Positions 39,830-50,066 are shown, numbered from the stretch's first letter. The stretch is 64,000 nt of DNA from an uncultured Gammaproteobacteria bacterium (GCA_964408995.1 CAYPBP010000001.1:10823-74822); one strand, 5' to 3'. Translations and numbers: made by a program. The notes: a model not told the origin generated them from the letters alone.

Positions 39830-41351
39830 TATTAAGTTTGTAGTTATTCAAGCTGGAGGATTAGGTACAAGATTAGAACATCTCACTCACAATAAACCGA
39901 AATGTCTAGTTTCTATTATTGGTAAACCAATTCTTTTTCATACTTTTGATAATTTCAAAAATGCAAAATTTATAATCATTGCCGACTATAAAAAGGATGT
40001 ACTAAAAAAATATTTAGAAATATTTGCAAAAGATATAAACTATAAAATAGTAACTTCAGAAGAAAAAGGTACTTGCGCTGGAATAAATGAAGCTCTCGAT
40101 TTAATACCTAAAAAAGAACAATTTATTATCACTTGGAGTGATTTACTTTTTACCGGGAAACCTTTTAAAAACACAAGTAACAATACTAATAGTATTGGCT
40201 TATCACAAAACTTTACTTGTCGATGGAGATTTTACAATAATTCTTTAAATGAAAATAAAAGTAAAAAAAATGGAGTAGCTGGTTTTTTTATTTTTAAAGA
40301 TAAAAATGAATTAAATAATTTGCCTCAAGGTGGTGAATTTGTTCGATTTCTTAAAGAAAAAAAAATCAAATTTAAGCCACTAAAACTAATAAATACTTAT
40401 GAAGTAGGTACTATTGAAAAATATCTAAAAATTCAAAAGGATTATCCACCAGTCAGACCTTTCAATCAAATTATCAAACAAAAAAAAGTAATTATAAAAA
40501 AACCATTAGATCAACAAGGTAAAAATGTAGCCATAGATGAAAAAAATTTTTATAAAAAATTTGAAAAATTTAAATACAATTTTATCCCTAAAGTTTTTAA
40601 ATACAATCCATTTACAATGGAAAGAATTAATGGAAATTCATTATTCCTTTATAAGGAATTAACTAATAAAAATAAAAAAGAAATTTTACAAAATATAGTT
40701 TTGTCTTTAAAGAAAATTCACGAATCGTTTCCACCAATTTCTTCAAATAAGAATAATGACTATCAAGCTATAATTGGAAAAACATTTGATAGATTAAATA
40801 AAATTAAAGATCTCATTCCAAATATTGATTCTGATTTTTTTTATATAAATGAAAAAAAATGTATTAATGTTTTTAAAAACTGGAATCTAGTTGAAGAAAC
40901 AATGAATCATTTTTATCCGAAAGAATATTTTCCAATCCATGGAGACTTAACCTTCTCTAATACTCTTTACAATCCAAAAAAAAACAAAATATATATTATT
41001 GACCCAAGAGGATATTATGGTAATACTAAAATATTCGGTGATATTGATTATGATTGGGCAAAAATCTATTATTCCCTAGTTGGTAATTATGATCAATTTA
41101 ACATAAAAAATTTCAAACTTGAAATCGATAAAGAAAAAATCAAAATTGATATTAATTCAAACAATTGGGAATTTATAGAAAGTTATTTTTTTGAACTAAC
41201 CAACACAAATAAAGATAAAATTAAATTCTTTCATGCTATTATTTGGCTTTCTTTAACCACATATGCCTGGGATAACATTGACTCGATTCTAGGTGCCTTC
41301 TATAATGGTAGTTATTATTTACAAGATTTTTATGATAAAAAAACATTTTAA
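39819..41351 (+). CDS. bifunctional sugar nucleotidyltransferase / APH-fold kinase (LicC-LicA or MurU-AmgK-like fusion)
   Basis: N-terminal FVVIQAGGLGTRLEHLTHNKPKCLV (NTP-transferase); C-terminal HGDLTFSNTLY...IIDPRG (aminoglycoside/choline-kinase-type phosphotransferase motifs). Confidence 0.6.
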   Translation: MKNNIKFVVIQAGGLGTRLEHLTHNKPKCLVSIIGKPILFHTFDNFKNAKFIIIADYKKDVLKKYLEIFAKDINYKIVTSEEKGTCAGINEALDLIPKKEQFIITWSDLLFTGKPFKNTSNNTNSIGLSQNFTCRWRFYNNSLNENKSKKNGVAGFFIFKDKNELNNLPQGGEFVRFLKEKKIKFKPLKLINTYEVGTIEKYLKIQKDYPPVRPFNQIIKQKKVIIKKPLDQQGKNVAIDEKNFYKKFEKFKYNFIPKVFKYNPFTMERINGNSLFLYKELTNKNKKEILQNIVLSLKKIHESFPPISSNKNNDYQAIIGKTFDRLNKIKDLIPNIDSDFFYINEKKCINVFKNWNLVEETMNHFYPKEYFPIHGDLTFSNTLYNPKKNKIYIIDPRGYYGNTKIFGDIDYDWAKIYYSLVGNYDQFNIKNFKLEIDKEKIKIDINSNNWEFIESYFFELTNTNKDKIKFFHAIIWLSLTTYAWDNIDSILGAFYNGSYYLQDFYDKKTF

Positions 41352-41922
41352 ACAACAAATTGACACTTTATCTCAAGTATATAATTCATTTGATTCAAAA
41401 AATGCTGATCTTCTGCTTGAAGAATGCATAAAAACCATAAAATCAGGAAAAAAGATAATTTCAAGCGGACTAGGTAAAAATGCACCAATCTGTGAAAAAT
41501 TTAATGGAACACTAAATTCAATCGGAATTAAAGGATACTTTATGAATACTAATTCCGCTGTTCATGGTGATTTAGGTGTTATAGAAGATGGTGATCTTGT
41601 TATTTTATTATCAAAAAGTGGAAATACAGAAGAAACTGTTCATCTAGCCAAGTTAATTAAAAAATTTAAATCCCAAAACTGGCTTCTTACTTGTAGTGAA
41701 TCTTCAAAAACCGAAAAATTAGTAAACAATACAGTTGTATTTAATTTACTAAATGAAGGAGATCCTTGGAATCTTCTTCCAAATAATTCAACTATTCTTT
41801 TTCTTGTGTTTCTTCAATCACTAGCTATGGCTTTAATAGAAAAACAAAATATACCAATTAGAGTAATTAAAAGAAATCATCCAGGCGGAGCCATAGGAGA
41901 AAAACTTTTAAAAATAAAATAA
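41332..41922 (+). CDS. SIS-domain sugar-phosphate isomerase (KpsF/GutQ/GmhA-like, single domain)
   Basis: SSGLGKNAPICEKF...AVHGDLGVIEDGDLVILLSKSGNTEE matches KpsF-type SIS motifs; track start 41293 is GTG, ATG at 41332. Confidence 0.55.
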   Translation: MIKKHFKQQIDTLSQVYNSFDSKNADLLLEECIKTIKSGKKIISSGLGKNAPICEKFNGTLNSIGIKGYFMNTNSAVHGDLGVIEDGDLVILLSKSGNTEETVHLAKLIKKFKSQNWLLTCSESSKTEKLVNNTVVFNLLNEGDPWNLLPNNSTILFLVFLQSLAMALIEKQNIPIRVIKRNHPGGAIGEKLLKIK

Positions 41923-41923
41923 T

Positions 41924-42274
41924 ATGAATCAATTAGATAATCTTTCCGACTTACCAAAAACATGGTTAATAGATTTAGATGGTGTAATTTTTATTCATAA
42001 TTATTATTTAGAACACAATAAAGATAAACTAGTTACAGGAATAAAAAAACTTCTTAAAAAAATAGATAAAGACGATTGTTTAATTTTATTAACTGCACGT
42101 GAAGAAAAATATAAAGATTTAACTTTAAATTCACTTAAAAAATACAATATTAAATACAATCAAATAATATTTAACCTTCCTGTTGGAGAAAGAATACTTA
42201 TTAACGATGAAAAACCAAGAGGATTAAAAACAGCAATTGCAATAAATACAATTAGAAATAAAGCTCACTATTAG
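41924..42274 (+). CDS. small HAD-like phosphatase
   Basis: 116 aa; motif I LIDLDGVIF, later LLTAREE and ILINDEKP. Confidence 0.4.
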   Translation: MNQLDNLSDLPKTWLIDLDGVIFIHNYYLEHNKDKLVTGIKKLLKKIDKDDCLILLTAREEKYKDLTLNSLKKYNIKYNQIIFNLPVGERILINDEKPRGLKTAIAINTIRNKAHY

Positions 42275-42285
42275 TAAATTGAAAG

Positions 42286-43524
42286 ATGTATCACAAAAAA
42301 ACAACTAAAAAAATTCTAGTAATTTGCCAACATTATTGGCCAGAAAATTTTCGAATAACCGATATGTGTGAAGGCTTTATTGAAAGAGGATATGAAGTAG
42401 ATGTTTTATGCGGTATTCCAAATTATCCACTAGGTATTTTTTTTAATGGGTATTCTTATTTTAAAAACAGAAAAGAAATTCATAATAAAGTAAAAATTAA
42501 CCGCGTTTTTGAAATTCCCAGAAGAGGGAACTCTAATCTAATGATTTTTTTAAATTATATTTCTTTTCCAATCGCCAGTTTATTCCATTTACCAAGATTA
42601 TTAACTAAAAAATATGACAAAATATTTGTCTATCAACTTTCTCCAGTATTAATGGGAATTACCGGTATTATCTTGGGAAAAATAAAAAAAATCGAAACAA
42701 TTTTTTATGTTTTAGATTTATGGCCAGAAAATCTTTACTCGGTTTTAAAAATAAAAAATAAAACTTTACAAAAAATAGCCTTCAATGTTTCAACTTGGTT
42801 CTACAAAAAAGCTGACAAACTTATAGCTGTTTCTCCAGAAATGGAAACCTTATTAAGAAATAGGACCAGTAAACCTAAAAATAAAATAACAACTGCCTAT
42901 CAATACTGCGAAAAAATTTATGAGATACCTAAAAAGGATAAAAAATTAGAATCTAAATTTTCCAAATTTTTCAATATAGTTTTTACTGGAAACTTAAGTC
43001 CTGCTCAATCTTTAGAAACAATTACCAAAACAGCCATTTTGCTTAAAAAAAATGGTTATGAAAATAAAATACGTTTTATCGTTGTTGGTAATGGAATGTC
43101 TATGGTTTCTTTTACAAAAGAAATAGAAAAAAATAATTTAAATAAAATATTCATTTTTGAAGGTTTAAAGCCAAAAGAAGATATTCCTAAATACACAAAC
43201 CTTGCTAATGCACTTTTGGTAACCATGGCAAAAAGTGATTTATTAGAGTTAACCATACCAGCAAAAATTACCTCTTATATCGCCGCTAGCAAGCCAATTT
43301 TAGCATCAGTAGATGGATCTAGTAGCAAATTAATTAAGGAAATAAATTGTGGTCTTGTTTCTAAATCAGAAGATAGTCTTTCTTTGTATAAAAACATTGT
43401 ACTTTTATATAAAATGGACAAATCAAAAATAAAAAATCTTTGTAATAATGCCAAAGAATATCACTTAAAACATCTAGAAAGAAATAAAAGCCTTAGTAAG
43501 ATAATTAAATTTATTTTTAGCTAA
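42286..43524 (+). CDS. glycosyltransferase family 4, WbuB-like (L-FucNAc-type transferase)
   Basis: N-terminal ILVICQHYWPENFRITDMCEGFIERGYEVDVLCGIPNYP typical of WbuB-type GT4; adjacent to fnlABC-like genes. Confidence 0.55.
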   Translation: MYHKKTTKKILVICQHYWPENFRITDMCEGFIERGYEVDVLCGIPNYPLGIFFNGYSYFKNRKEIHNKVKINRVFEIPRRGNSNLMIFLNYISFPIASLFHLPRLLTKKYDKIFVYQLSPVLMGITGIILGKIKKIETIFYVLDLWPENLYSVLKIKNKTLQKIAFNVSTWFYKKADKLIAVSPEMETLLRNRTSKPKNKITTAYQYCEKIYEIPKKDKKLESKFSKFFNIVFTGNLSPAQSLETITKTAILLKKNGYENKIRFIVVGNGMSMVSFTKEIEKNNLNKIFIFEGLKPKEDIPKYTNLANALLVTMAKSDLLELTIPAKITSYIAASKPILASVDGSSSKLIKEINCGLVSKSEDSLSLYKNIVLLYKMDKSKIKNLCNNAKEYHLKHLERNKSLSKIIKFIFS

Positions 43525-44641
43525 TCTTTTTCCAAACTTCTCGGTTAACATAATCTGTATAAGACAGAATAATTTTCAAAATTTTATCCGATACATTGGG
43601 AACATTGTAATCAGAAACTATTCTTGTCTTATTTTCTGTTTCAAGTATTTTTAATCCTTGTAATATTCTGTCTTTTTTTAATCCAACCATCATAACAGCC
43701 ACTTCTTCCATAGCCTCAGGTCTTTCATGGGCTTGTCTTATATTAAGAGCTTTAAATCCAAGAATAGAAGATTCTTCACTAATTGTTCCACTATCACTAA
43801 TTACTGCTTTAGAATTAACTTGAAGATTTAGATAATCATTAAAACCAAGTGGCTTCATCAATGAAATCAATGAATTTAAAACAACTCCCTTAGAGTCTAT
43901 CATTTTTCTAGTTCTTGGATGAGTACTAACTATAATTGGTAATTTAAATTCTTCAGCTAGTGTGTTTAAACTTTCAATTAAATCCTCAAAATTATTTTCA
44001 ATGTTTATATTTTCTTCTCTGTGAGCAGATACTACAAAATATTTTCCTTGCTTCAATGACAGTTTTTTTAAAACATCAGATTTTTCAATGTCTCTCTTTT
44101 TGGAATTAATAACTTCAAACATCGGACTACCAGTTTTAATTATCCTATCAGCAGGCAAACCTTCTTTTAATAAATATTCTCTGGCAATAGAACTATAAGT
44201 TAAATTAATATCAGAAATATGATCAACTATTTTTCTATTGGTTTCTTCAGGAACTCTTTGATCAAAACATCTATTTCCGGCTTCCATATGAAAAATAGGA
44301 ATATGTCTTCTCTTTGCAGCTATTGCACATAAACAACTATTTGTATCTCCAAGGATAAGAAAAGCATCAGGTTTTACTTCTTCTAAAACAATATCTATTT
44401 TGATTAAAATATTCCCAATAGTCTCAATAGCATTTTCACCAGCTGCATCAAGAAAATAATCCGGTTTTTTTAAATTAAAATCTTTAAAAAAGATTTCATT
44501 AAGTTCATAATCATAATTTTGACCAGTGTGTACAAGAATATGATCTATTGCCTCTGATTCTTCTAATTTTTTGATTACTGCCGACAATCTTATTATTTCT
44601 GGTCTAGTTCCAACCACTGTTATTACTTTAAGTTTTTTCAT
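43517..44641 (-). CDS. fnlC: UDP-N-acetylglucosamine 2-epimerase (non-hydrolysing), FnlC/CapG-like
   Basis: MKKLKVITVVGTRPEIIRLS N-terminus; HTGQNYDYELNEIFF; FHMEAGNR; 374 aa. Confidence 0.7.
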   Translation of the reverse strand: MKKLKVITVVGTRPEIIRLSAVIKKLEESEAIDHILVHTGQNYDYELNEIFFKDFNLKKPDYFLDAAGENAIETIGNILIKIDIVLEEVKPDAFLILGDTNSCLCAIAAKRRHIPIFHMEAGNRCFDQRVPEETNRKIVDHISDINLTYSSIAREYLLKEGLPADRIIKTGSPMFEVINSKKRDIEKSDVLKKLSLKQGKYFVVSAHREENINIENNFEDLIESLNTLAEEFKLPIIVSTHPRTRKMIDSKGVVLNSLISLMKPLGFNDYLNLQVNSKAVISDSGTISEESSILGFKALNIRQAHERPEAMEEVAVMMVGLKKDRILQGLKILETENKTRIVSDYNVPNVSDKILKIILSYTDYVNREVWKKIS

Positions 44642-44644
44642 AAA

Positions 44645-45751
44645 TTAAATCTCCATTAAATATGTATCTGGTGAATTTTGATCAAATATCTCATTACACC
44701 ACAATAATAATACCATCTCATCTTTTCCTATATTTTCTATTTTATGTGTATATCCAACTGGTATATTAATTATTTTAAATTCTTTATCATTTACAAGAAA
44801 TTCTTTTGAATCATTTGTAATGATATGTTTAAAAGTAATTTTTGCACTTCCTTTTACCACTATAAACTTTTCCATTTTTGTATGGTGATAATGATTTCCC
44901 CTAATAACTCCTGGTTTTGATACGGAAACAGACATCTGCCCACTATCAACAGTTCTAATTAATTCTGTAAAATTTCCTCTCTCGTCTATATTCATTTTAG
45001 GAATAAAAACAATATCATCTAATTCAACATAAGAAAGATAAGTCGAAAATAATTTCTTTACAAATTCATCACCTGTCTGAGGAACCAATATACTATCCAT
45101 ATTATTCTTAAACCCTTTTATTCTATTTGCTAACTCACCAACAGTAATCTTGTAAAGCGGTTTTATAGAATAAAAATCATTTCTCTTTATCAGCTTATTT
45201 GTTTTCAATATATTTAGAAATTCTTTTATTACATCATCAATATATATTAATTCTAATTCAGCTTTTTTATCATTAACAATGATATTTAAATTATGAGAAA
45301 CATTGTAACAAAAAGTTGCAACTACTGAATTATAATTCGGTCTACACCACTTTCCAAATACGTTATTTAATCTATATATATATGAATTATTATAATCTTT
45401 TAATAAATCCTCTGCCAATTTTTTACTTTTTCCATAGTCATTATCCTTGGTAACTTGAATACTAGACGTCATTACAATCGGTATATTAAGTTTATTCTCT
45501 TTTAATAAATCTATGATTGACTTAGTTAAATCAGTATTCCCTTTATAAAACTCCTTTATATCTTCAGGTCTATTAACACCAGCTAAATGAAAAATAAAAT
45601 CTATATTTTTAATATTATCTCTAATAATAGAAAAATCATCTTCTTTATCAAAATAAATAATTTCTATATTATTTATTTCTTTTAAATGAGAACATAAATT
45701 TTTTCCAATAAAACCATTCGAACCAGTAACTAAAACTTTAATCTTTTTCAT
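44645..45751 (-). CDS. fnlB: FnlB/CapF-like bifunctional reductase/epimerase (SDR N-domain plus cupin C-domain)
   Basis: VLVTGSNGFIGKNL Rossmann motif; C-terminal GNHYHHTKMEKFIVVKGSAKI cupin; between fnlA- and fnlC-like genes. Confidence 0.6.
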   Translation of the reverse strand: MKKIKVLVTGSNGFIGKNLCSHLKEINNIEIIYFDKEDDFSIIRDNIKNIDFIFHLAGVNRPEDIKEFYKGNTDLTKSIIDLLKENKLNIPIVMTSSIQVTKDNDYGKSKKLAEDLLKDYNNSYIYRLNNVFGKWCRPNYNSVVATFCYNVSHNLNIIVNDKKAELELIYIDDVIKEFLNILKTNKLIKRNDFYSIKPLYKITVGELANRIKGFKNNMDSILVPQTGDEFVKKLFSTYLSYVELDDIVFIPKMNIDERGNFTELIRTVDSGQMSVSVSKPGVIRGNHYHHTKMEKFIVVKGSAKITFKHIITNDSKEFLVNDKEFKIINIPVGYTHKIENIGKDEMVLLLWCNEIFDQNSPDTYLMEI

Positions 45752-45752
45752 T

Positions 45753-46784
45753 TTACTTTTGTTTTAATTCATTTTGAATAAAATCTAGTTTAATCAATTT
45801 TTCTACTACCTCATCAACAGTAAGTCTTTTTGTATTATGTGAAGTATAATCTTCCTCTTTTGAAATTTCTTTATCACCTTGGGTAAAATATTTTGCATAA
45901 TTTAAATCACGACTATCAATAGGCACTCTAAAGAATCCCCCAAGATCTTCTGCCTTTGCCATTTCTTCCCGATTTACTAAAGTTTCATACAATTTTTCAC
46001 CATGACGAGAGCCAATTACTTTAATATTATTTTTTGCTTTAAATATCTTTTGTAAAGCTAGAGCCAAATCCATGATTGTTGACGCTGGTGCTTTTTGCAC
46101 AAAAATATCACCACTTTTTGCATTTTCATAAGCATATAAAACCAAACTTACTGATTCATCCAAAGACATCAAAAATCTAGTCATATTTGGATCCGTTACT
46201 GTAATATCTTTATTTTCTTTAATTTGCTTCACAAATAGGGGAATAACAGAACCTCTCGAAGCCATCACATTTCCATATCTAGTTGCACAAAAAGTTGTTT
46301 GATTACAATCCACAGACCTTGCTTTTGCCATCATTAATTTTTCCATTAATGCTTTGGTCATCCCCATAGCATTAACTGGATATACTGCCTTATCAGTACT
46401 CAAAACTATTACTTTTCCAACTTTGTTATTCTCGGCTGCGTTCAAAACATTGTTTGCTCCAATTATATTTGTTTTAACAGCTTCCATTGGAAAAAACTCA
46501 CAAGAAGGCACTTGTTTTAATGCTGCTGCATGAAACACAAAATCAACTCCACACATTGCCTTATTTATACTTTCATAATCTCTAACATCTCCAATAATGA
46601 ATTTTAATTTAGAATCACAAATTTCATTTCGCATTTTATCTTGTTTTTCTTCATCACGGCTAAAAATACGGATTTCACCAATATCAGTATTATTCAAAAA
46701 ATATCTAAGCATTCTATTACCAAAAGATCCAGTTCCCCCAGTAATAAGTAATGTTTTATTTTTAAAATTCATTTGTTTTTTCAT
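45753..46784 (-). CDS. fnlA: UDP-GlcNAc 4,6-dehydratase/5-epimerase, FnlA/CapE/WbjB-like
   Basis: KTLLITGGTGSFGN, extended SDR; YGNVMASRGSVIPLF. Confidence 0.7.
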   Translation of the reverse strand: MKKQMNFKNKTLLITGGTGSFGNRMLRYFLNNTDIGEIRIFSRDEEKQDKMRNEICDSKLKFIIGDVRDYESINKAMCGVDFVFHAAALKQVPSCEFFPMEAVKTNIIGANNVLNAAENNKVGKVIVLSTDKAVYPVNAMGMTKALMEKLMMAKARSVDCNQTTFCATRYGNVMASRGSVIPLFVKQIKENKDITVTDPNMTRFLMSLDESVSLVLYAYENAKSGDIFVQKAPASTIMDLALALQKIFKAKNNIKVIGSRHGEKLYETLVNREEMAKAEDLGGFFRVPIDSRDLNYAKYFTQGDKEISKEEDYTSHNTKRLTVDEVVEKLIKLDFIQNELKQK

Positions 46785-47116
46785 AATTTTTTATTTTTAA
46801 CTGCTATTTTTCTAACCAATATTTCCATTTGTGTTTCCATTTTTTTTATTTTTATATTATTTTCAATCGATACATAAGTCAAAATCATAAAAGCCCCAAT
46901 CATTCCTAAATCCATTACTCTTACAAGAAATAACTCTTTTAATAAAGGTTCTAGAATTTTTGGAAATATAGCTATAAAAATAAAAACAATAAAAACAAAC
47001 ATCCAAAAAAAGAACAAATTATTTGAAATATCTTTCTTTTTCCAATGCAAAAACAAGGAATACATCATTAATATTGCAAAAGCCAACAAGACTATTTGTA
47101 GTGTGATTACATTCAT
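46781..47116 (-). CDS. small membrane protein (DUF2304-like; GtrA-like role inferred)
   Basis: 111 aa, 3-4 TM helices; ATGA overlap with upstream GT2. Confidence 0.4.
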   Translation of the reverse strand: MNVITLQIVLLAFAILMMYSLFLHWKKKDISNNLFFFWMFVFIVFIFIAIFPKILEPLLKELFLVRVMDLGMIGAFMILTYVSIENNIKIKKMETQMEILVRKIAVKNKKL

Positions 47117-47787
47117 ATATTAAAATACCAAAAGGGGATTTTAAATAATATTTTTAATGCATCAAAAATTGTTACCCCTTTGTACTTGTCAATATAAATT
47201 GTATCAATTTTTACTTCAAAAAAGGGTATTTTATTTTTTCCAACCTTTGTTGCCATTTCAGTTTCAATCCCATATCTAGACGACTTCCAATTAATCTTTT
47301 TATAAACATCCTTTCTAAAACCCAAAAATCCACAAAGTAAATCTTTTCTCTTTATATTAAACAAAAATCCAATTAAAAAACCAGCAAATCTATTACCATT
47401 TCGCCTTATCCAAGGCGCATTTTTGTTTAGCTCTCTGTAACCAAACACCACTGGATATTTTTCTAATTCTTCTATAAATTTTGGTAAATATTTTGGATTG
47501 TGTTGACCATCAGCATCTATAAAAATTACAGCCTCTCCACCCAATTTCCAAGCAATTTTTAAACCAGTTTTCATTGCTGCACCTTTACCAAGATTTATTA
47601 TATGACTAGAAATAATTACTTTAGAATTATTTTTAAAATTATTCTCTAAAATTTCTAAAGAATTGTCTGATGACCCATCGTCTATCACAATTATATTTAA
47701 ATCTTTATCTGTCTTTAGAATTTGTTTAATTGTTTCTACAGCTCTATTTTCTTCATTATAAACTGGAACAATTACAAAAATATTCAT
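47113..47787 (-). CDS. GT2 polyprenyl-phosphate glycosyltransferase (GtrB/DPM1-like)
   Basis: IFVIVPVYNEE...IDDGSSDNS...IFIDADGQH motifs; 224 aa. Confidence 0.6.
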   Translation of the reverse strand: MNIFVIVPVYNEENRAVETIKQILKTDKDLNIIVIDDGSSDNSLEILENNFKNNSKVIISSHIINLGKGAAMKTGLKIAWKLGGEAVIFIDADGQHNPKYLPKFIEELEKYPVVFGYRELNKNAPWIRRNGNRFAGFLIGFLFNIKRKDLLCGFLGFRKDVYKKINWKSSRYGIETEMATKVGKNKIPFFEVKIDTIYIDKYKGVTIFDALKILFKIPFWYFNI

Positions 47788-49367
47788 TTCTTTAATTCTA
47801 ATTTATATAATTTACATTCATCAAGACAACCACTTTTAACTTGGATAAATCTAAAAACTTTTTCTAAACTATAATATTGACTATCTAAAGAACCTTTGTA
47901 GTAAGTCAAATAATAATTTGTTACATAAATTTCTTTCCCTTGATTCAATAAGTTTTTATATAAATCAACTACAGTTTTATCTTTCTCAAAATATCTATCA
48001 ATAAAACCTTTTCCAGGACCAGAAAATTCTTGACCTTTTGATAATGGCAAAAAATTATAATTTTCATTACCAAAAAACATTACATAAAAAGGATTCAGTG
48101 CTGTTCCTAAATAAACATCTTTTTTATCCTTAAAATATTCATTAATATTTTGAATAGCAATATAACTCCAAGGAATTTCATTTTGTTCTAACTGATTATT
48201 TAAAATTTGTCTTTTCAAACTAGTAGCTTTTCTTTCATAAAATCCATTTACAGTTCCTCTTGTTAAGAGATACATGCCTAAAAATAAAATAATCCAAATA
48301 GAATTTTTAAATCTTATTAAAATTATTCCAGAAAATAATAAAAATAAAGGTATTACTGTTGAAATATATCTTCCCTCAGGATAACTCATCATTGAATGAA
48401 ACAATGTCACCCCAAAAATAACAGACGCTAAAATCAATATATTACTTCTATATTTCTTCAAAAACAAACCTAAAAACATCCCACCTAAACAAAAAAAACA
48501 AATAATTTGTTCCAATTGTTGATTATTGTACCATAGATAACTTCCATCAACACCTATAAATTCCTTAAGAAAAATAGGCAAAGTTTTTTTAATAAAATTT
48601 ATTGAAAAAAGACCACTAGAAGCAGGTAAAGCTTTCGCATTTGGCAAAACAATTTTAATAAAAGTTATACTCGTTATTAGTATAAATAAAACACCTAAAA
48701 ACAAGCACCATTTTTTAGGAATTTTATATATAAATTTTGATTTTATAACTTTAATTAACAAAACTACTCCCATCACTAATACCACAGGAAAACTCGACAA
48801 TTTAGTAAAAGCTAATAATACTATAACCACTAAACTCAAAATAAAATTTAATAAATCTATTTTTTTTAAAGATAAAATTACAGCTACTAAAGTTAATGGA
48901 ATCAAAATATTTTCTGCCATTAATAATGTTGGTAAATTATAGAAATAAAAATTAGTTACTAAAACCAACCCTAAAGCAAATTTTAAAAAATATTTTTCTT
49001 TTTCAAAAAAAGTTTCAGCTAAAATCAAAAACAAATATATACTTATAAAACACAAAACTAAGTTAGCAAAATAATAACTTCGAACATCATCAAAAACTAA
49101 AAAAAATGGAGTTAAATAAAAGCTATATAAAGGAGTAGAAAGTTTTCCAATTTCAATTCCAAAAGCTTCCATCTTAAATCCTTTTTCATGAACTAAATTC
49201 CATGCTGGCACTGAATAATAAAAAACATCTGGTGATGGTTCTAGGTTGGATATTAAATTATTAGTTTTATATGGATTTTTAAAAGCTAAACTCAAATAAA
49301 TAAAAGCTAAAAAAATAAAAGCAATTAAAAAACTATTTTTATTTAAAAAAACATTAATTCTCTTCAT
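47784..49367 (-). CDS. polytopic GT-C-like membrane glycosyltransferase (acceptor-specific partner of the GtrB-like GT2)
   Basis: 527 aa; >10 TM helices; C-terminal soluble domain; ATGA overlap with GT2 gene. Confidence 0.45.
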   Translation of the reverse strand: MKRINVFLNKNSFLIAFIFLAFIYLSLAFKNPYKTNNLISNLEPSPDVFYYSVPAWNLVHEKGFKMEAFGIEIGKLSTPLYSFYLTPFFLVFDDVRSYYFANLVLCFISIYLFLILAETFFEKEKYFLKFALGLVLVTNFYFYNLPTLLMAENILIPLTLVAVILSLKKIDLLNFILSLVVIVLLAFTKLSSFPVVLVMGVVLLIKVIKSKFIYKIPKKWCLFLGVLFILITSITFIKIVLPNAKALPASSGLFSINFIKKTLPIFLKEFIGVDGSYLWYNNQQLEQIICFFCLGGMFLGLFLKKYRSNILILASVIFGVTLFHSMMSYPEGRYISTVIPLFLLFSGIILIRFKNSIWIILFLGMYLLTRGTVNGFYERKATSLKRQILNNQLEQNEIPWSYIAIQNINEYFKDKKDVYLGTALNPFYVMFFGNENYNFLPLSKGQEFSGPGKGFIDRYFEKDKTVVDLYKNLLNQGKEIYVTNYYLTYYKGSLDSQYYSLEKVFRFIQVKSGCLDECKLYKLELKK

Positions 49368-49702
49368 TCTAATTACTTTTATAACATAAAATGTATTCTA
49401 TAATTCACTATAGTGAAAAAATCTTTCTATTTAAATTCATTAACTCAAAATGGCACAACTCTAAATAAATATTCTCAAAACAATTTTAATTCCGATCAAT
49501 TAAAAAACTACCAACTCATCCAATATGACATTTTATCTGGTAAACAATATTCTTTGAAATAAACTTTTGTGCTAAAATATTCCACTAATAGACAATAGCG
49601 TCTAATTAGTCACACTTTAAAAAAGGAAAGGGGAGAAAAAATGTTTTGAGCTAAGATATCTTTCTTTGATCACCAAATCTACTATGAAGAAAGGAAATAA
49701 TA

Positions 49703-49885
49703 ATGTCCGATTATCTTGAAATTAGGCATTCCCTTGTAAGTGGAGGAAAAACAATTAACCAAATTTGTGAAGAAACAAAACTCCAAATGGGAAAAGTGAT
49801 GAAAATTATACACCGCACCCATAAAAAGCATTTTTGTGTTATCGATTGTAAAATCCATATTAAAAGACAAAAAGAGGGAAAATAG
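49703..49885 (+). CDS. small winged-helix-like protein, tandem paralogue 1
   Basis: 60 aa; RBS aaggaaa; HTH-like TINQICEETKLQMGKVMKII. Confidence 0.4.
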   Translation: MSDYLEIRHSLVSGGKTINQICEETKLQMGKVMKIIHRTHKKHFCVIDCKIHIKRQKEGK

Positions 49886-49886
49886 T

Positions 49887-50066
49887 ATGTGTAAATATTC
49901 GCAGATTATTGAATGTCTTCAAGGCGGTCCTATCCATGTTTCAAAATTATCCAAAAAAACCGATTGTTCTTTAAAAGAAATAAAAGATGAACTCAAAAGA
50001 AAGGGCAAGAAGTTTTTAATAGCCAACGGCAAAATCAGCTTAATAGAAAGTACGGAGGCAAAATAA
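49887..50066 (+). CDS. small winged-helix-like protein, tandem paralogue 2
   Basis: 59 aa from ATG 49887 (track 49836 start lies inside previous gene); RBS agaggga; SKLSKKTDCSLKEIKDEL. Confidence 0.4.
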   Translation: MCKYSQIIECLQGGPIHVSKLSKKTDCSLKEIKDELKRKGKKFLIANGKISLIESTEAK

